A DNA stretch of 64,000 nucleotides, taken from Verrucomicrobiales bacterium. GTDB taxonomy: Bacteria; Verrucomicrobiota; Verrucomicrobiia; Verrucomicrobiales; DEV007. A model generated the notes under the pieces. It was not told the DNA's origin, made no database searches, and was given only the letters and a program-made list of their open reading frames with translations. The stretch lies in NCBI GenBank assembly GCA_029940475.1, contig JAPYUT010000009.1:16605-80604 (forward strand). The letters run 5' to 3'. Position numbers and translations under genes: made by a program. Within the stretch, counting starts at the first letter, position 1. Every line of letters begins with the position of its first letter. Positions 54,162 through 63,568 of the stretch are shown one piece after another.

Positions 54162-55690
54162 GTGAACAGCACACAGAAAAACCCGGCATTTGTTATCTGG
54201 TGGGCGCGGGTCCTGGTGATCCGGGTTTACTCACCCTGCGTGCGAAGCAGTGCCTGGAGATGGCGGATGTCGTTGTTTACGATTATCTTTGCAATGCGGA
54301 GATCCTTAATCATGCCCCGGAGTCAGCCGAGCGTATTTATGCGGGGAAGAAGGCTGCCGACCATGCAATTGCGCAGGATCAGCTGAACGATTTACTGGTA
54401 AATCTTTCAGGACAGGGGAAGACAGTAGTTCGCCTTAAAGGTGGAGATCCTTTTGTGTTTGGGCGCGGTGGAGAAGAGGCCCAGGAGTTGCATAATGCCG
54501 GGGTTCCCTTCGAAATCGTGCCCGGGATCAGTTCATCCATTGCAGGCCCTGCATATGCGGGGATTCCGGTGACACATCGTGACCATTGCTCACAGCTTAC
54601 CATCTTTACCGGGCACGAGAATCCCGCCAAGGGCAAGAGCGTGATCGATTATGCGAAAATTGGCAGTGCGGCAGGAACCAAGGTGATGTTGATGGGCGTG
54701 GGACAACTGGAAAATGTTTCGGCCAAGATGCTTGAAGGCGGAGCGGATCCGGGGATGCCTGTGGCTCTTGTGCGGTGGGCCACTACAGGCAGTCAGCAGA
54801 CCTTGATCGGGAAACTTGGTGACATATCCTCCCGTGCACAACGTGCAGGATTCAGTGCCCCGGCGGTTGCTGTATTTGGTGGTGTCGTTGACTTGCGCGA
54901 GGAGCTTAACTGGTTTGAGGGTCGTCCGTTGTTCGGGAAGAAGGTTGTTGTCACCAGAACCCGCTCCCAGGCCGGTGCACTGAGTGTCCGGTTAAGGAAT
55001 CTCGGGGCCGATGTTAATGAACTCCCGACAATCCGGATCGAGCAACCGGAAGACATCAAGGGTTTTGGAAGGCTTGTGCAGGATGCGCACAAATATGCAT
55101 GGATTATTTTCACCAGCCCCAATGGGGTGGATGCCTTTTTTGATCTTTTCTTCAAGCTCTATAATGACGTGCGTTCAATTGGGGGGGCGCGTATTGCAGC
55201 GATTGGACCGGGGACAGCAAATAAGATCAAGGAGAAACACCTGGCAGTGGATTTGCTGCCGGATGAATATGTGGCTGAGAGCCTGCTTAAGCAAATCCTG
55301 GAAGAGGAGAGTATTCAAAATGAGATGTTCCTGCTGGTTCGCCCCAATGACGCCCGTGATGTGATTGCCAGGGGACTCTCGGAGGCCGGGGCCATTGTCG
55401 ATGAGGCCATCGCATACCGGACCGTCGCCGAGATCGGTGACCCTACCGGCGCGGTTGCGAGATTTGAAGCAGACGGTGCGGATGTTATCACATTCACCAG
55501 TTCAAGTACAGTTGAGCATTTTCTCGATATGGAGTTGCCCCTTTCTGAGAATTTACTCATTGCCAGCATTGGTCCGGTCACCTCCGGGGCACTCAGATCT
55601 GCCGGGCTGGAGGTGGACATTGAGGCAATAGAGTCAAATATCCCGGGATTGGTCGCGGCGATTGAACAGTATTTCGCTGAACTGGGTTGA
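54158..55690 (+). CDS. cobA: bifunctional uroporphyrinogen-III C-methyltransferase / uroporphyrinogen-III synthase
   Basis: 510 aa. The N-terminal half has YLVGAGPGDPGLLTLRA, VVRLKGGDPFVFGRGGEE and VPGISS. The C-terminal ~250 aa is a HemD-type domain (VVVTRTRSQAGALS...IIFTSPNGV...ITFTSSSTV). Confidence 0.9.
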   Translation: MSEQHTEKPGICYLVGAGPGDPGLLTLRAKQCLEMADVVVYDYLCNAEILNHAPESAERIYAGKKAADHAIAQDQLNDLLVNLSGQGKTVVRLKGGDPFVFGRGGEEAQELHNAGVPFEIVPGISSSIAGPAYAGIPVTHRDHCSQLTIFTGHENPAKGKSVIDYAKIGSAAGTKVMLMGVGQLENVSAKMLEGGADPGMPVALVRWATTGSQQTLIGKLGDISSRAQRAGFSAPAVAVFGGVVDLREELNWFEGRPLFGKKVVVTRTRSQAGALSVRLRNLGADVNELPTIRIEQPEDIKGFGRLVQDAHKYAWIIFTSPNGVDAFFDLFFKLYNDVRSIGGARIAAIGPGTANKIKEKHLAVDLLPDEYVAESLLKQILEEESIQNEMFLLVRPNDARDVIARGLSEAGAIVDEAIAYRTVAEIGDPTGAVARFEADGADVITFTSSSTVEHFLDMELPLSENLLIASIGPVTSGALRSAGLEVDIEAIESNIPGLVAAIEQYFAELG

Positions 55691-55734
55691 GAAGTGCCCC
55701 CTTGCCTGGGGGATGGGGTCCGGGCCTGCAACAC

Positions 55735-55773
55735 AGGGAAAAAAGAAAGACACCGCCCCGGGGGGTGGTGTCT
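55735..55773 (-). terminator. rho-independent terminator candidate for rpsU (also closes the convergent hem operon)
   Basis: The hairpin AGACACC-GCCCC/GGGGG-GGTGTCT (55748..55773) is followed on the minus strand by CUUUCUUUUUUCCC. Confidence 0.5.
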
Positions 55774-55814
55774 TCGGGGAATCTCTTTTGGGTAAGCTTA
55801 CTAAGCTGAAGCGC

Positions 55815-56102
55815 TCATTCCGCCGGATTCTCTGCGGGGGTGGCGGTGGTTGTTTCAGCCTGCGGATCCTGATCAGTGGATTTTCTTGAGTTATCACGCC
55901 GGAACACCTGGAGGTTGGTCCGAAAACGCATGCGGGTTTTTTTTGCCGCGGTACGCTGTTTACGGCGATAGCGCTGGATTGGGGTTTCAAAGGCGCGCAA
56001 CCGGCGCATTTCATCCATGATCCCCTCTGCCTCAAGCTTGTTCTTAAGCCGTTTGAGGGCGCGGTCGACGGATTCGCCTTTTTTGATTTCTACTTCGGGC
56101 AT
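55815..56102 (-). CDS. rpsU: 30S ribosomal protein S21 (with ~30-aa C-terminal extension)
   Basis: MPEVEIKKGESVDRALKRLKNKLEAEGIMDEMRRLRAFETPIQRYRRKQR matches the S21 family pattern. Confidence 0.9.
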   Translation of the reverse strand: MPEVEIKKGESVDRALKRLKNKLEAEGIMDEMRRLRAFETPIQRYRRKQRTAAKKTRMRFRTNLQVFRRDNSRKSTDQDPQAETTTATPAENPAE

Positions 56103-56188
56103 ATTCTTTTGTTTTTTCTTTGGATCCGTTCTCGGAGCGGAAAGGGCGTGAATTTAGAGGTATAGGTCTTATCCGTCAAGCTCGCGTT

Positions 56189-59041
56189 CTAGCTGCCGGT
56201 CGCGGCAGGTGGTGCAGTCTCCTGGTCGGCATCCAGCACTTCGCGGCGCAGGTTGGTCTTGCTCTTCACGGCCCACCAGTAGACAATCGGGGAGGCAACG
56301 AAGATTGAAGAGTAGGTGCCAATGATAACTCCGATAATGATCGCGAAGGAGAAGTCGCTCAATGCCGGGCCACCGAAGGCAAACAGGCAGCTTACCGTGA
56401 GCAGCGTGGTTAAACTTGTCAGCAAGGTCCTGGAGAGTGTCGTGTTAATGGCAAAGTTCATGATGTTCTTCACGTTACCGCGCTTGCTGCGCAGGCCTTC
56501 CCGGATCCGGTCAAAGACCACGATGGTGTCGTTGATTGAGTAACCCGCGATGGTCAGGAAGGCGCCGACCAGGATCAGGTTGAGCTCGCGACCGCTGAGG
56601 ACGGTAATGCCGATGGCAATCACAAGGTCGTGGGCGAGGGCGATGATGGCACCGAGGGCAAAAGAGAACTCAAAACGGAACGTCACGTAGATGAAGATGG
56701 CGATCAGTCCTGCAACCAGGGCGATCAGCGAGTTTGTGAGCATTTTTCCGGCAACGACGGAGGAGACTTCCTGTGTCTGGATGTCCCCCTTGGCGAGGCC
56801 TGCTGCGGCAATTAATGCCTTGGCTTCATTTCCCTTACCTTTGTCGATGCGCACAGAGAATATTGTTCCCGTGCCGCCAACGGGAGTGAGGGTTTGAATG
56901 GTTGACTCTTTTTCCGAATTTATTCCGGTAATGGCATCCTGTACTGATTGACTTGTTGTGTCCTCCGCGGCCTCGAAGCGAATCTGGTCGCCGCCTGAGA
57001 ACTCGATGCCGAGCATCTTTGTGCCATTCATGCTCATTACGCCGATTGCCGTGATGATAAGGGCAAAGGAAATGAATCTGCTGGTTTTGGCTGCACTGAG
57101 GAAATCAAAGGTTCTCTGTCCCAGACCCTTCATGAACTTGAGGCTGCGCAGGGTTTCGGCTGTAGTCAGCCAGTTAAAGCACACGCGTGTCACCAGCAGG
57201 GCGGAGAAGAGTGACACCAGGATACCGATGGTCAGGGTCACCGCGAATCCCTTGATGGCGCCCTCCGCCAGCCAGAGCAGGACCAGTGCCGTGAGCAAGG
57301 TGGTTATTTGCGCGTCAAAAATGGCCGAGAACGCTTTCTCATAGGCGGCCTTAATTGCGGTCCCGAGACTTTTCCCTGTCGCCATCTCCTCACGGAGTCG
57401 CTCGTAGATCAGCACGTTGGCATCGATGGCGATGCCGATGGTGAGAATGACCCCGGCAATCCCGGCGAGTGTGAAGTCGGCCTGGAAGATTGCCAGTATT
57501 CCAAAGAGAAGGATAACGTTCACGCTCAGGCCCAGCAGGGCGATGATGCCCGCAAAACGGTAGAAGAGCAGCATGAACAGTGCCGTCAGAGCAAGACCCC
57601 ATGTGCCTGCCCGAAGGCCCTGGGTTACTGCCGACTTGGCGAGTGTCGGCGGGAAATATTCCTCGTAGAGCACCTCCGGTTTTGAGCGCAGCGGGTTTTT
57701 CATTGAGGTTGCCAGCGTTATCGCTTCAGTCTTGCTGAAGTCACCGGTGATGCGTGCAGTACCGCCCGGGATTGCCTCGTTGAATCCGGGGGCGGAGATA
57801 ATTTCATCATCCAGGACAATGGCCATGCTGCGGCCGTTGTTGACATTCTTGCTGCTCATCTCGTAGAGGGCGTCTTTTCCCTGGCCCTTCATGCTGACCA
57901 TGATGCTCCATTTGCCGGCCTCGTTGTAGGTCCATGCATCGCTGACGTCTTCCCCTTTAATTCCAGGCTGTTTCTCAAGCAGCATCTTGTCCCGTGCGTT
58001 GCCCATGTCCTTGCGGAAAGGAAGCACGATTGAGTCCAGGACCAATGGAGTTTCCCCTGCCTGGATCTTGCTGACAACCTCCGGGTTGTCTTTTTCTATA
58101 TGGGAGAGGTGGAAGTTGAGCACGGCAGCCTGGGTCAGGATGGTGCGCAATTGCCCAAGGCGTTGATCATCGATTTTTTGTCCTTCACTGTTCGGCACAT
58201 CGACGATAATCTGGTCGTCTCCCTGCTTGGCAATCTTGACATCACTGGTGCCGAGTGCATTCAGGCGGGTGTTCAGGACATCGACAGCCTGATCCTGGTC
58301 CTCAGGCCTGAGTTCAGCCTCGATTCCGGGCTCGAGCTTAAGCGTGAAGCGGGCACCGCCGGCAAGGTCCATGCCGCGCTTGATTTTCTCTTCGGGTGGC
58401 AGGACAGAGTAAACGCAGAAACCCACGATACCGAGGGTGAGAAGGGTTCCAATCCAACGCTGCTTGTGATCCGAATCGGTGCCGAAATACCAGATGAACA
58501 TGGCGAGAAGCGACAGGGCGATGAGGAAAGGAATAAGGGGATGCAGCCCGGATAATACTTTCTTGAAGCTGTCCTGTTGCTCGAGGGGAATCGCTTCGCG
58601 TTCTTTTGCCACTATCTTTGCCACCATGCTCAAGCGGTCATCTGTGGAAAGCCTGGAAATGAGGACCTGGTCTATCCGCTGGCCCTTTGAATAGGTAAGG
58701 ACAACTTCCTGGTTCTCTACCAGGCTTCCTGCTTCAGTGCCCTTCTCTGGCACTTGCCATGTCCCGGAATTAAGATCCTGGTTCTCCACGGTTCCTTCAA
58801 CAAAGGTGCCGTCTCCCCGCAGGATGATACGCCTGGATGAGCCGGCTTCGGTAACCGACTTGTCGGCAGTCAACTCATAGATCCCGACATACGCTGACAT
58901 CTCGGCAGAAGCCTCTTTTGAGCGCAGGTCGTCCCCTGCATTTTTGCTGCAGCCAAAGGAGAACAACAGGATTAATCCGAGAACAGTCCACTTCATATCA
59001 ATTAAGGGGCGCAAATCTACAGGTGTTCGCTGGAAAAACAA
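56189..59041 (-). CDS. secDF: fused protein translocase subunit SecDF with N-terminal lipoprotein-like extension
   Basis: 950 aa. SecD P1 region (GMDLAGGARFTLKL...), SecD TM bundle (GIAGVILTIGIAIDANVLIYERLREE), SecF part (GIEFSGGDQIRF...) and a second DxxVVxFDRIRE motif (INDTIVVFDRIREG). The likely start is MKWTVLGLILLFSFGCS at 58996. Confidence 0.9.
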   Translation of the reverse strand: MFFQRTPVDLRPLIDMKWTVLGLILLFSFGCSKNAGDDLRSKEASAEMSAYVGIYELTADKSVTEAGSSRRIILRGDGTFVEGTVENQDLNSGTWQVPEKGTEAGSLVENQEVVLTYSKGQRIDQVLISRLSTDDRLSMVAKIVAKEREAIPLEQQDSFKKVLSGLHPLIPFLIALSLLAMFIWYFGTDSDHKQRWIGTLLTLGIVGFCVYSVLPPEEKIKRGMDLAGGARFTLKLEPGIEAELRPEDQDQAVDVLNTRLNALGTSDVKIAKQGDDQIIVDVPNSEGQKIDDQRLGQLRTILTQAAVLNFHLSHIEKDNPEVVSKIQAGETPLVLDSIVLPFRKDMGNARDKMLLEKQPGIKGEDVSDAWTYNEAGKWSIMVSMKGQGKDALYEMSSKNVNNGRSMAIVLDDEIISAPGFNEAIPGGTARITGDFSKTEAITLATSMKNPLRSKPEVLYEEYFPPTLAKSAVTQGLRAGTWGLALTALFMLLFYRFAGIIALLGLSVNVILLFGILAIFQADFTLAGIAGVILTIGIAIDANVLIYERLREEMATGKSLGTAIKAAYEKAFSAIFDAQITTLLTALVLLWLAEGAIKGFAVTLTIGILVSLFSALLVTRVCFNWLTTAETLRSLKFMKGLGQRTFDFLSAAKTSRFISFALIITAIGVMSMNGTKMLGIEFSGGDQIRFEAAEDTTSQSVQDAITGINSEKESTIQTLTPVGGTGTIFSVRIDKGKGNEAKALIAAAGLAKGDIQTQEVSSVVAGKMLTNSLIALVAGLIAIFIYVTFRFEFSFALGAIIALAHDLVIAIGITVLSGRELNLILVGAFLTIAGYSINDTIVVFDRIREGLRSKRGNVKNIMNFAINTTLSRTLLTSLTTLLTVSCLFAFGGPALSDFSFAIIIGVIIGTYSSIFVASPIVYWWAVKSKTNLRREVLDADQETAPPAATGS

Positions 59042-59143
59042 CCTTCCTCTCGTGGAGTTTGGGAGATAAAAAAGGCGGCATTATATCCACATATGTAGTT
59101 TATTATAAGTGAAATATGAATTACCTACATGAAGAGAGTGGCG

Positions 59144-60127
59144 TTATGGGCAATCGGCAGTCGTTGGTTTTGTGTTATTCGGCACAAGTTCTTCGGAACA
59201 CCAGCCTTCACCATTTTCCAGTATGCGGCAGGGTTGAGCGAGGCCTTGGCAGGCAGTGATGAATTCTCCGGGGTCCGCCGTGTTGAACTCGAACATGTCA
59301 AAATGGTGAGCAACCGCGATACGCGCACCAATTGCCTTTGCCAGTGCGGCAGCCTCGATGCCGTTGAGGTTCCCCGCAACACGGCGGTTTGGATCGTTGC
59401 CGTTGATGGGGACGAGGGCGAGATCTATCCGGTGCTCGCGTAATTCACTGACGATGGTCTCGTGCCATAGCGTATCGCCGGAATGGTAGATGCTCCAGGG
59501 ACCGAAATTGACAACGAATCCCATGAATTTTGGCTGTCCCAGTTCATCACGTTCAATTTCGTTGTGTGCCGCGTTGATACCATGAAAAGTAAATTGGTCG
59601 AGAGTGACGGGTTGCTTGTCATTAAGCCCGATCATTTCAAGGTTCGGTATCTGCAGGCGTTGCGCGGCAAATTCGAGGTTGGCGGCAGGTAAGACGATCT
59701 TGAGTCGCGGGTTTGCCTGGGCGAGAGCCTGCAGGGTTTCAGCATCCAGGTGGTCGGTGTGATTGTGGGAGGATGTAGTGATGTTTATAAAATCGAGGTG
59801 CAACGGGTCGATTACACGCTCGGTGATGCGGATATGCGGTTTATCGCTGTCTGCATACTTCGCGGTGAGCGAATCAGAAAGATAGGGATCAAAAAGCAGA
59901 CAGGACGAACGCCACTTGATGAGGAATCCGCTTTGCCCGAGCCACCACAGGTGGAAGTGCTCATCGCCCCGGTCGGCAGCCTTGATTGCCGCAAGCAGGG
60001 CATTGTCCTTGCAAAACGCCGTTTTCAAAATTCCACTCAAAGGCTTGATCTCACTTTTTCGGCGGCGGCACACATGTTGACGAGTTTGCGCCTTGCTGCC
60101 CATCGGGCGGTTTGGCTGAGACCGCAA
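59144..60127 (-). CDS. MBL-fold metallo-hydrolase
   Basis: HLWWLGQSGFLIKW, and the metal motif SSHNHTDHLD (HxHxDH). The start is uncertain. ATG 60127 and ATG 60103 both overlap the upstream gene. A TTG at 60030 lies 7 nt after that gene's stop. Confidence 0.7.
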   Translation of the reverse strand: MRSQPNRPMGSKAQTRQHVCRRRKSEIKPLSGILKTAFCKDNALLAAIKAADRGDEHFHLWWLGQSGFLIKWRSSCLLFDPYLSDSLTAKYADSDKPHIRITERVIDPLHLDFINITTSSHNHTDHLDAETLQALAQANPRLKIVLPAANLEFAAQRLQIPNLEMIGLNDKQPVTLDQFTFHGINAAHNEIERDELGQPKFMGFVVNFGPWSIYHSGDTLWHETIVSELREHRIDLALVPINGNDPNRRVAGNLNGIEAAALAKAIGARIAVAHHFDMFEFNTADPGEFITACQGLAQPCRILENGEGWCSEELVPNNTKPTTADCP

Positions 60128-61065
60128 TCAGGAGCGAGAATCAACCGATCGGCTGGTGCATGCTGCAGGCATTGGCGAATACGCTCGGTCAGGATCTCAA
60201 CGGGCTCAATAAGGTAACTTTTCACATCGATGATGCCGACAGCCACGTCCATTTTCCCGGCGATTGGAGTAATTGCCTCAAGCTCGCAGTATTCGCGTCC
60301 GGCCATTTCCAGGTGCATTTCATCAACCTTGAGCTCAAGAAATTCCGGGAACAACGGCGCGTAGCGCCGGTAACCCACGGCATGTCCCCTGTAATTGCCG
60401 AAACAGAGGTGGGTTGAGAGTCGCGTCTTACCGTGGACCGGTTCGACCGTGCGATTAAAGATGTTCACGAAACGGGAAGTGTCCTCCTTGTAGCCGTAAC
60501 AACTCATTGACGGTTCATCGACACAGATTTCCCGGCAGCCTGCAGCGACCAGGTCCTCGAGTTCCTTGGCAATGATAGGCAACAGTGCCTCGGTGATGGC
60601 GTAACGGTCGGGGTAATCGGAATTTGGCAGCAACCGGCCGCTCATCGTGAACGGACCGGGAACGCTCATCTTGAGGCCGGGACCCGGAGGGGCGAGTCTC
60701 TTGAGTCGTTCGAATTCTTCCACCGTACCGAGTCCCCGGTCGGCTTTCAACTCCCCGATAATCTGGTGCTTGCCGCGCTGGTCGTGAGCCGGGGGGCCAA
60801 AACGCCGCGGAGATAACGGTTCCATGGCAAGCCCGTCGAGATGACCATAGAAAGACAGGTTAAAGTCAAAACGTGTCTGCTCACCGTCGCTGATCACATT
60901 GAGCCCGGCGTGCATTTGATCCGCGATGGCGCAGGTGACCGCATCCTCCTGCATCTCGGCAATATCAGCACTGCCGAATTTACTGAGGTTGCCACTGGCA
61001 AATTCAAGCCAGCTTGGAAACGGGTAGCTACCGATTACTGTAGTGCCGAGAGGATGCTCACGCAT
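60037..61065 (-). CDS. cobalamin-independent methionine synthase (MetE) catalytic-domain-like protein
   Basis: 342 aa, single MetE C-terminal-type domain. GSYPFPSWL, GLNVISDGEQ, HLCFGNY and C-terminal LILAPDCGL, which are Zn/homocysteine-binding His/Cys positions. Confidence 0.7.
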   Translation of the reverse strand: MREHPLGTTVIGSYPFPSWLEFASGNLSKFGSADIAEMQEDAVTCAIADQMHAGLNVISDGEQTRFDFNLSFYGHLDGLAMEPLSPRRFGPPAHDQRGKHQIIGELKADRGLGTVEEFERLKRLAPPGPGLKMSVPGPFTMSGRLLPNSDYPDRYAITEALLPIIAKELEDLVAAGCREICVDEPSMSCYGYKEDTSRFVNIFNRTVEPVHGKTRLSTHLCFGNYRGHAVGYRRYAPLFPEFLELKVDEMHLEMAGREYCELEAITPIAGKMDVAVGIIDVKSYLIEPVEILTERIRQCLQHAPADRLILAPDCGLSQTARWAARRKLVNMCAAAEKVRSSL

Positions 61066-61145
61066 AGGGGGTAGAGTTCCCCCATTGGATGACGGCTGTA
61101 AACCTGATTTAAGCGTTACAGCGGATTAAGTTGCCCGTTTAGGGC

Positions 61146-61343
61146 TCAATCAGCCAACTCGTTATAGAATTCCGGCTCTGAAGTATTTCTCCCCGAGAAC
61201 ACGGTTTCAGCCAGTCTCAGGTATCCCTGATCCTGCGGGGAAAGCGGTAACTCTGCAAATTGTTGCAGACGTTTACGAATGCGCATCCTCCTCAGGTGGG
61301 CACGGAGTTTTGGGCTTGCCAACAGAATAGCCGATTTCATCAC
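61146..61343 (-). CDS. small hypothetical protein
   Basis: 65-aa ORF upstream of and co-oriented with the MetE-like gene. Basic helical sequence with no recognisable motif. Coding status unproven. Confidence 0.3.
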   Translation of the reverse strand: MMKSAILLASPKLRAHLRRMRIRKRLQQFAELPLSPQDQGYLRLAETVFSGRNTSEPEFYNELAD

Positions 61344-61510
61344 AGATCATTATTTGCTTAGTGTATGTTATAGTCAAGTACTTCTTAGTATTTAATAGAT
61401 ATTAAATTGTTTTCGATCTGCTGTATAAATTTGTTAAGATTCAGGGTTTACCGCTGCTGTTTTTTTGTGCGCCATACGCAGCCTGTGCTAAGATGCCCAC
61501 CCGCAAAACC

Positions 61511-62935
61511 ATGGGACAGAATCTCTTTGAAAAAGTCTGGGACGCGCATGCTGTGCGCAGCCTCACAAATGGTCAAACCCAGTTGTTGATCGGGACGCAC
61601 CTGATCCATGAGGTTACTTCACCTCAGGCATTTGGAATGTTGCGTGATCTTGGGCTCAAGGTGAAATATCCTTCGCGCACTTTCGCCACAGTGGATCATA
61701 TCGTGCCCACTGATCAGAGGGTTGAACCCTTCAGTGATCCTCTGGCGGACGCGATGATCAGGGAGTTGCGCAAGAATACTGATGAATTCGGGGTTACTTA
61801 TTTTGACCTTGCCACCGGCAAGCAGGGAATTGTGCATGTGGTGGGTCCCGAGCAGGGAATTACCCAGCCCGGTACCACGATAGCATGCGGGGATTCGCAC
61901 ACTGCCACCCACGGGGCCTTTGGCGCGATTGCGTTCGGTATCGGCACGACACAGGTGCGTGACGTCCTGGCAACCCAGACGATAGCACTCGGCAAGCTCA
62001 AGGTTCGCCGCATCAATGTTGAGGGAGCCTTGTCCCCCGGCGTTTATGCCAAGGATGTGATCATGCATATCATTGCCAAACTCGGGGCCAAGGGAGGTAT
62101 CGGCTATGCCTATGAGTATGGCGGGTCGCTGCTTGAGAGCTTTTCCATGGAGGAGCGCATGACGGTCTGTAATATGTCTATTGAGGGCGGTGCACGTTGC
62201 GGATACGTCAACCCGGACGATAAGACCTTTGAATACCTCAGGGGGCGTCCGTATTCGCCGGACGGGGTTGATTGGGATAACGCGGTTGAGGGGTGGAGAT
62301 CGATTGCTTCCGATGACGATTGTAACTATGATGATATCGTAAATATCCGTGCTGAGGAAATTGCTCCAACGGTTACCTGGGGAGTGAGCCCCGACCAGGC
62401 TTTTTCCATCAACGGTATCCTGCCTGACCCGGGGACGGCAGCCAGTGAGGCAGAACGACTTTCCATTGATGAGGCACTTGACTACATGCAGCTGGAACCT
62501 GGAGCCGCCATCAAGGGCACCAAGGTTGACGTTGCTTTCCTGGGCAGTTGTACCAACGGGCGCCTGTCGGATTTCCGTGAAGTTGCCAAGTATATAAAGG
62601 GTCATAAGGTGGCGGCCGGGGTAATGGCGATTGCTGTCCCCGGTTCACAGATCGTCGACGTTCTGGCCCGCAAAGAGGGACTGCATGAGGTGTTCATTGA
62701 GGCCGGCTTTGAATGGCGTGGGGCGGGTTGCTCAATGTGCCTGGCAATGAACCCGGACAAGCTTGTCGGAGACCAGCTTTGTGCCAGCTCCTCAAACCGG
62801 AATTTCAAGGGTCGCCAGGGCAGTCCAAGCGGACGCACCGTGCTCATGAGCCCGGTGATGGTTGCCGCTGCTGCCGTGAGTGGAGTAATAAGCGACGCGA
62901 GGGAGGTTTTTCAGGTAGAACAGGCTTCAACTTAA
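61511..62935 (+). CDS. leuC: 3-isopropylmalate dehydratase large subunit
   Basis: Start at [15 protein letters not shown]. Also [12 protein letters not shown], and the Fe-S cluster cysteines in GDSHT...GSCTNGR...CSMCLAMN. Confidence 0.95.
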   Translation: MGQNLFEKVWDAHAVRSLTNGQTQLLIGTHLIHEVTSPQAFGMLRDLGLKVKYPSRTFATVDHIVPTDQRVEPFSDPLADAMIRELRKNTDEFGVTYFDLATGKQGIVHVVGPEQGITQPGTTIACGDSHTATHGAFGAIAFGIGTTQVRDVLATQTIALGKLKVRRINVEGALSPGVYAKDVIMHIIAKLGAKGGIGYAYEYGGSLLESFSMEERMTVCNMSIEGGARCGYVNPDDKTFEYLRGRPYSPDGVDWDNAVEGWRSIASDDDCNYDDIVNIRAEEIAPTVTWGVSPDQAFSINGILPDPGTAASEAERLSIDEALDYMQLEPGAAIKGTKVDVAFLGSCTNGRLSDFREVAKYIKGHKVAAGVMAIAVPGSQIVDVLARKEGLHEVFIEAGFEWRGAGCSMCLAMNPDKLVGDQLCASSSNRNFKGRQGSPSGRTVLMSPVMVAAAAVSGVISDAREVFQVEQAST

Positions 62936-62949
62936 CAAAGAATAGCGCC

Positions 62950-63558
62950 ATGCCACTGGAGAGAATTGCCCAAGTCAGCGGATCCGCTGTGTATGTTCCC
63001 GGGAATGACATCGATACCGACCGCATTATCCCGGCCCGGTTCATGAAGTGTGTTACTTTCGACGGGCTTGGTGAGTATCTCTTCCATGATGTGCGCAAGA
63101 ATGAAGAGGGTATTGACAGGGATCACCCGCTTAACGATGTGCGATTTTCGGGGGCTTCGATCCTGATCACAAATGCCAATTTCGGTTGCGGGAGTTCGCG
63201 CGAACACGCACCCCAGGCCCTCTACCGCTTCGGGTTCCGGGCAGTGATTGCTGAAAGTTTTGCAGATATTTTCTTTGGCAACTGCACGACGCTTGGCATG
63301 CCCTGCGCAGTGGCAGCAGCCGGGGATGTGTCGGCGCTGGCAGCCGCTGTTGAAGAGACCCCGGCGGCCCCGATAACCATTGATGTCGAGGGCAGGCGTG
63401 TTTCGGGGGCGGGTCTCGATTTTTCCGTGAACATTCCACCGGCGGCGCATGATGCCCTGATTTCCGGCCAGTGGGACCCGATTGCAGAATTGCAGGAAGG
63501 CAATGCGGCAGTGGCGGATCGTATATCCGAATTGGGGTATCTTGCACAGGGGCAGTAA
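62950..63558 (+). CDS. leuD: 3-isopropylmalate dehydratase small subunit
   Basis: Start at MPLERIAQVSGSAVYVPGNDIDTDRIIPARF. Also NFGCGSSREHAPQAL. The track's longer ORF (62713) is an out-of-context extension overlapping leuC. Confidence 0.95.
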   Translation: MPLERIAQVSGSAVYVPGNDIDTDRIIPARFMKCVTFDGLGEYLFHDVRKNEEGIDRDHPLNDVRFSGASILITNANFGCGSSREHAPQALYRFGFRAVIAESFADIFFGNCTTLGMPCAVAAAGDVSALAAAVEETPAAPITIDVEGRRVSGAGLDFSVNIPPAAHDALISGQWDPIAELQEGNAAVADRISELGYLAQGQ

Positions 63559-63568
63559 CTGGGGGCTT

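Noticed and set aside
56189-59041. The SecDF N-terminal region as a separate upstream lipoprotein gene.
   Set aside because: The reading frame is continuous, with no stop codon between the lipoprotein-like part and SecD. It is therefore kept as one CDS and reported as a finding.
61066-61145. Cobalamin or SAM riboswitch upstream of the MetE-like gene, and likewise in the 37204..37309 metH leader.
   Set aside because: The leaders are only about 80 and 106 nt, and I could not recognise a B12-box or SAM-I/II core. Only short hairpins or palindromes are present. An Rfam scan would still be the decisive test.
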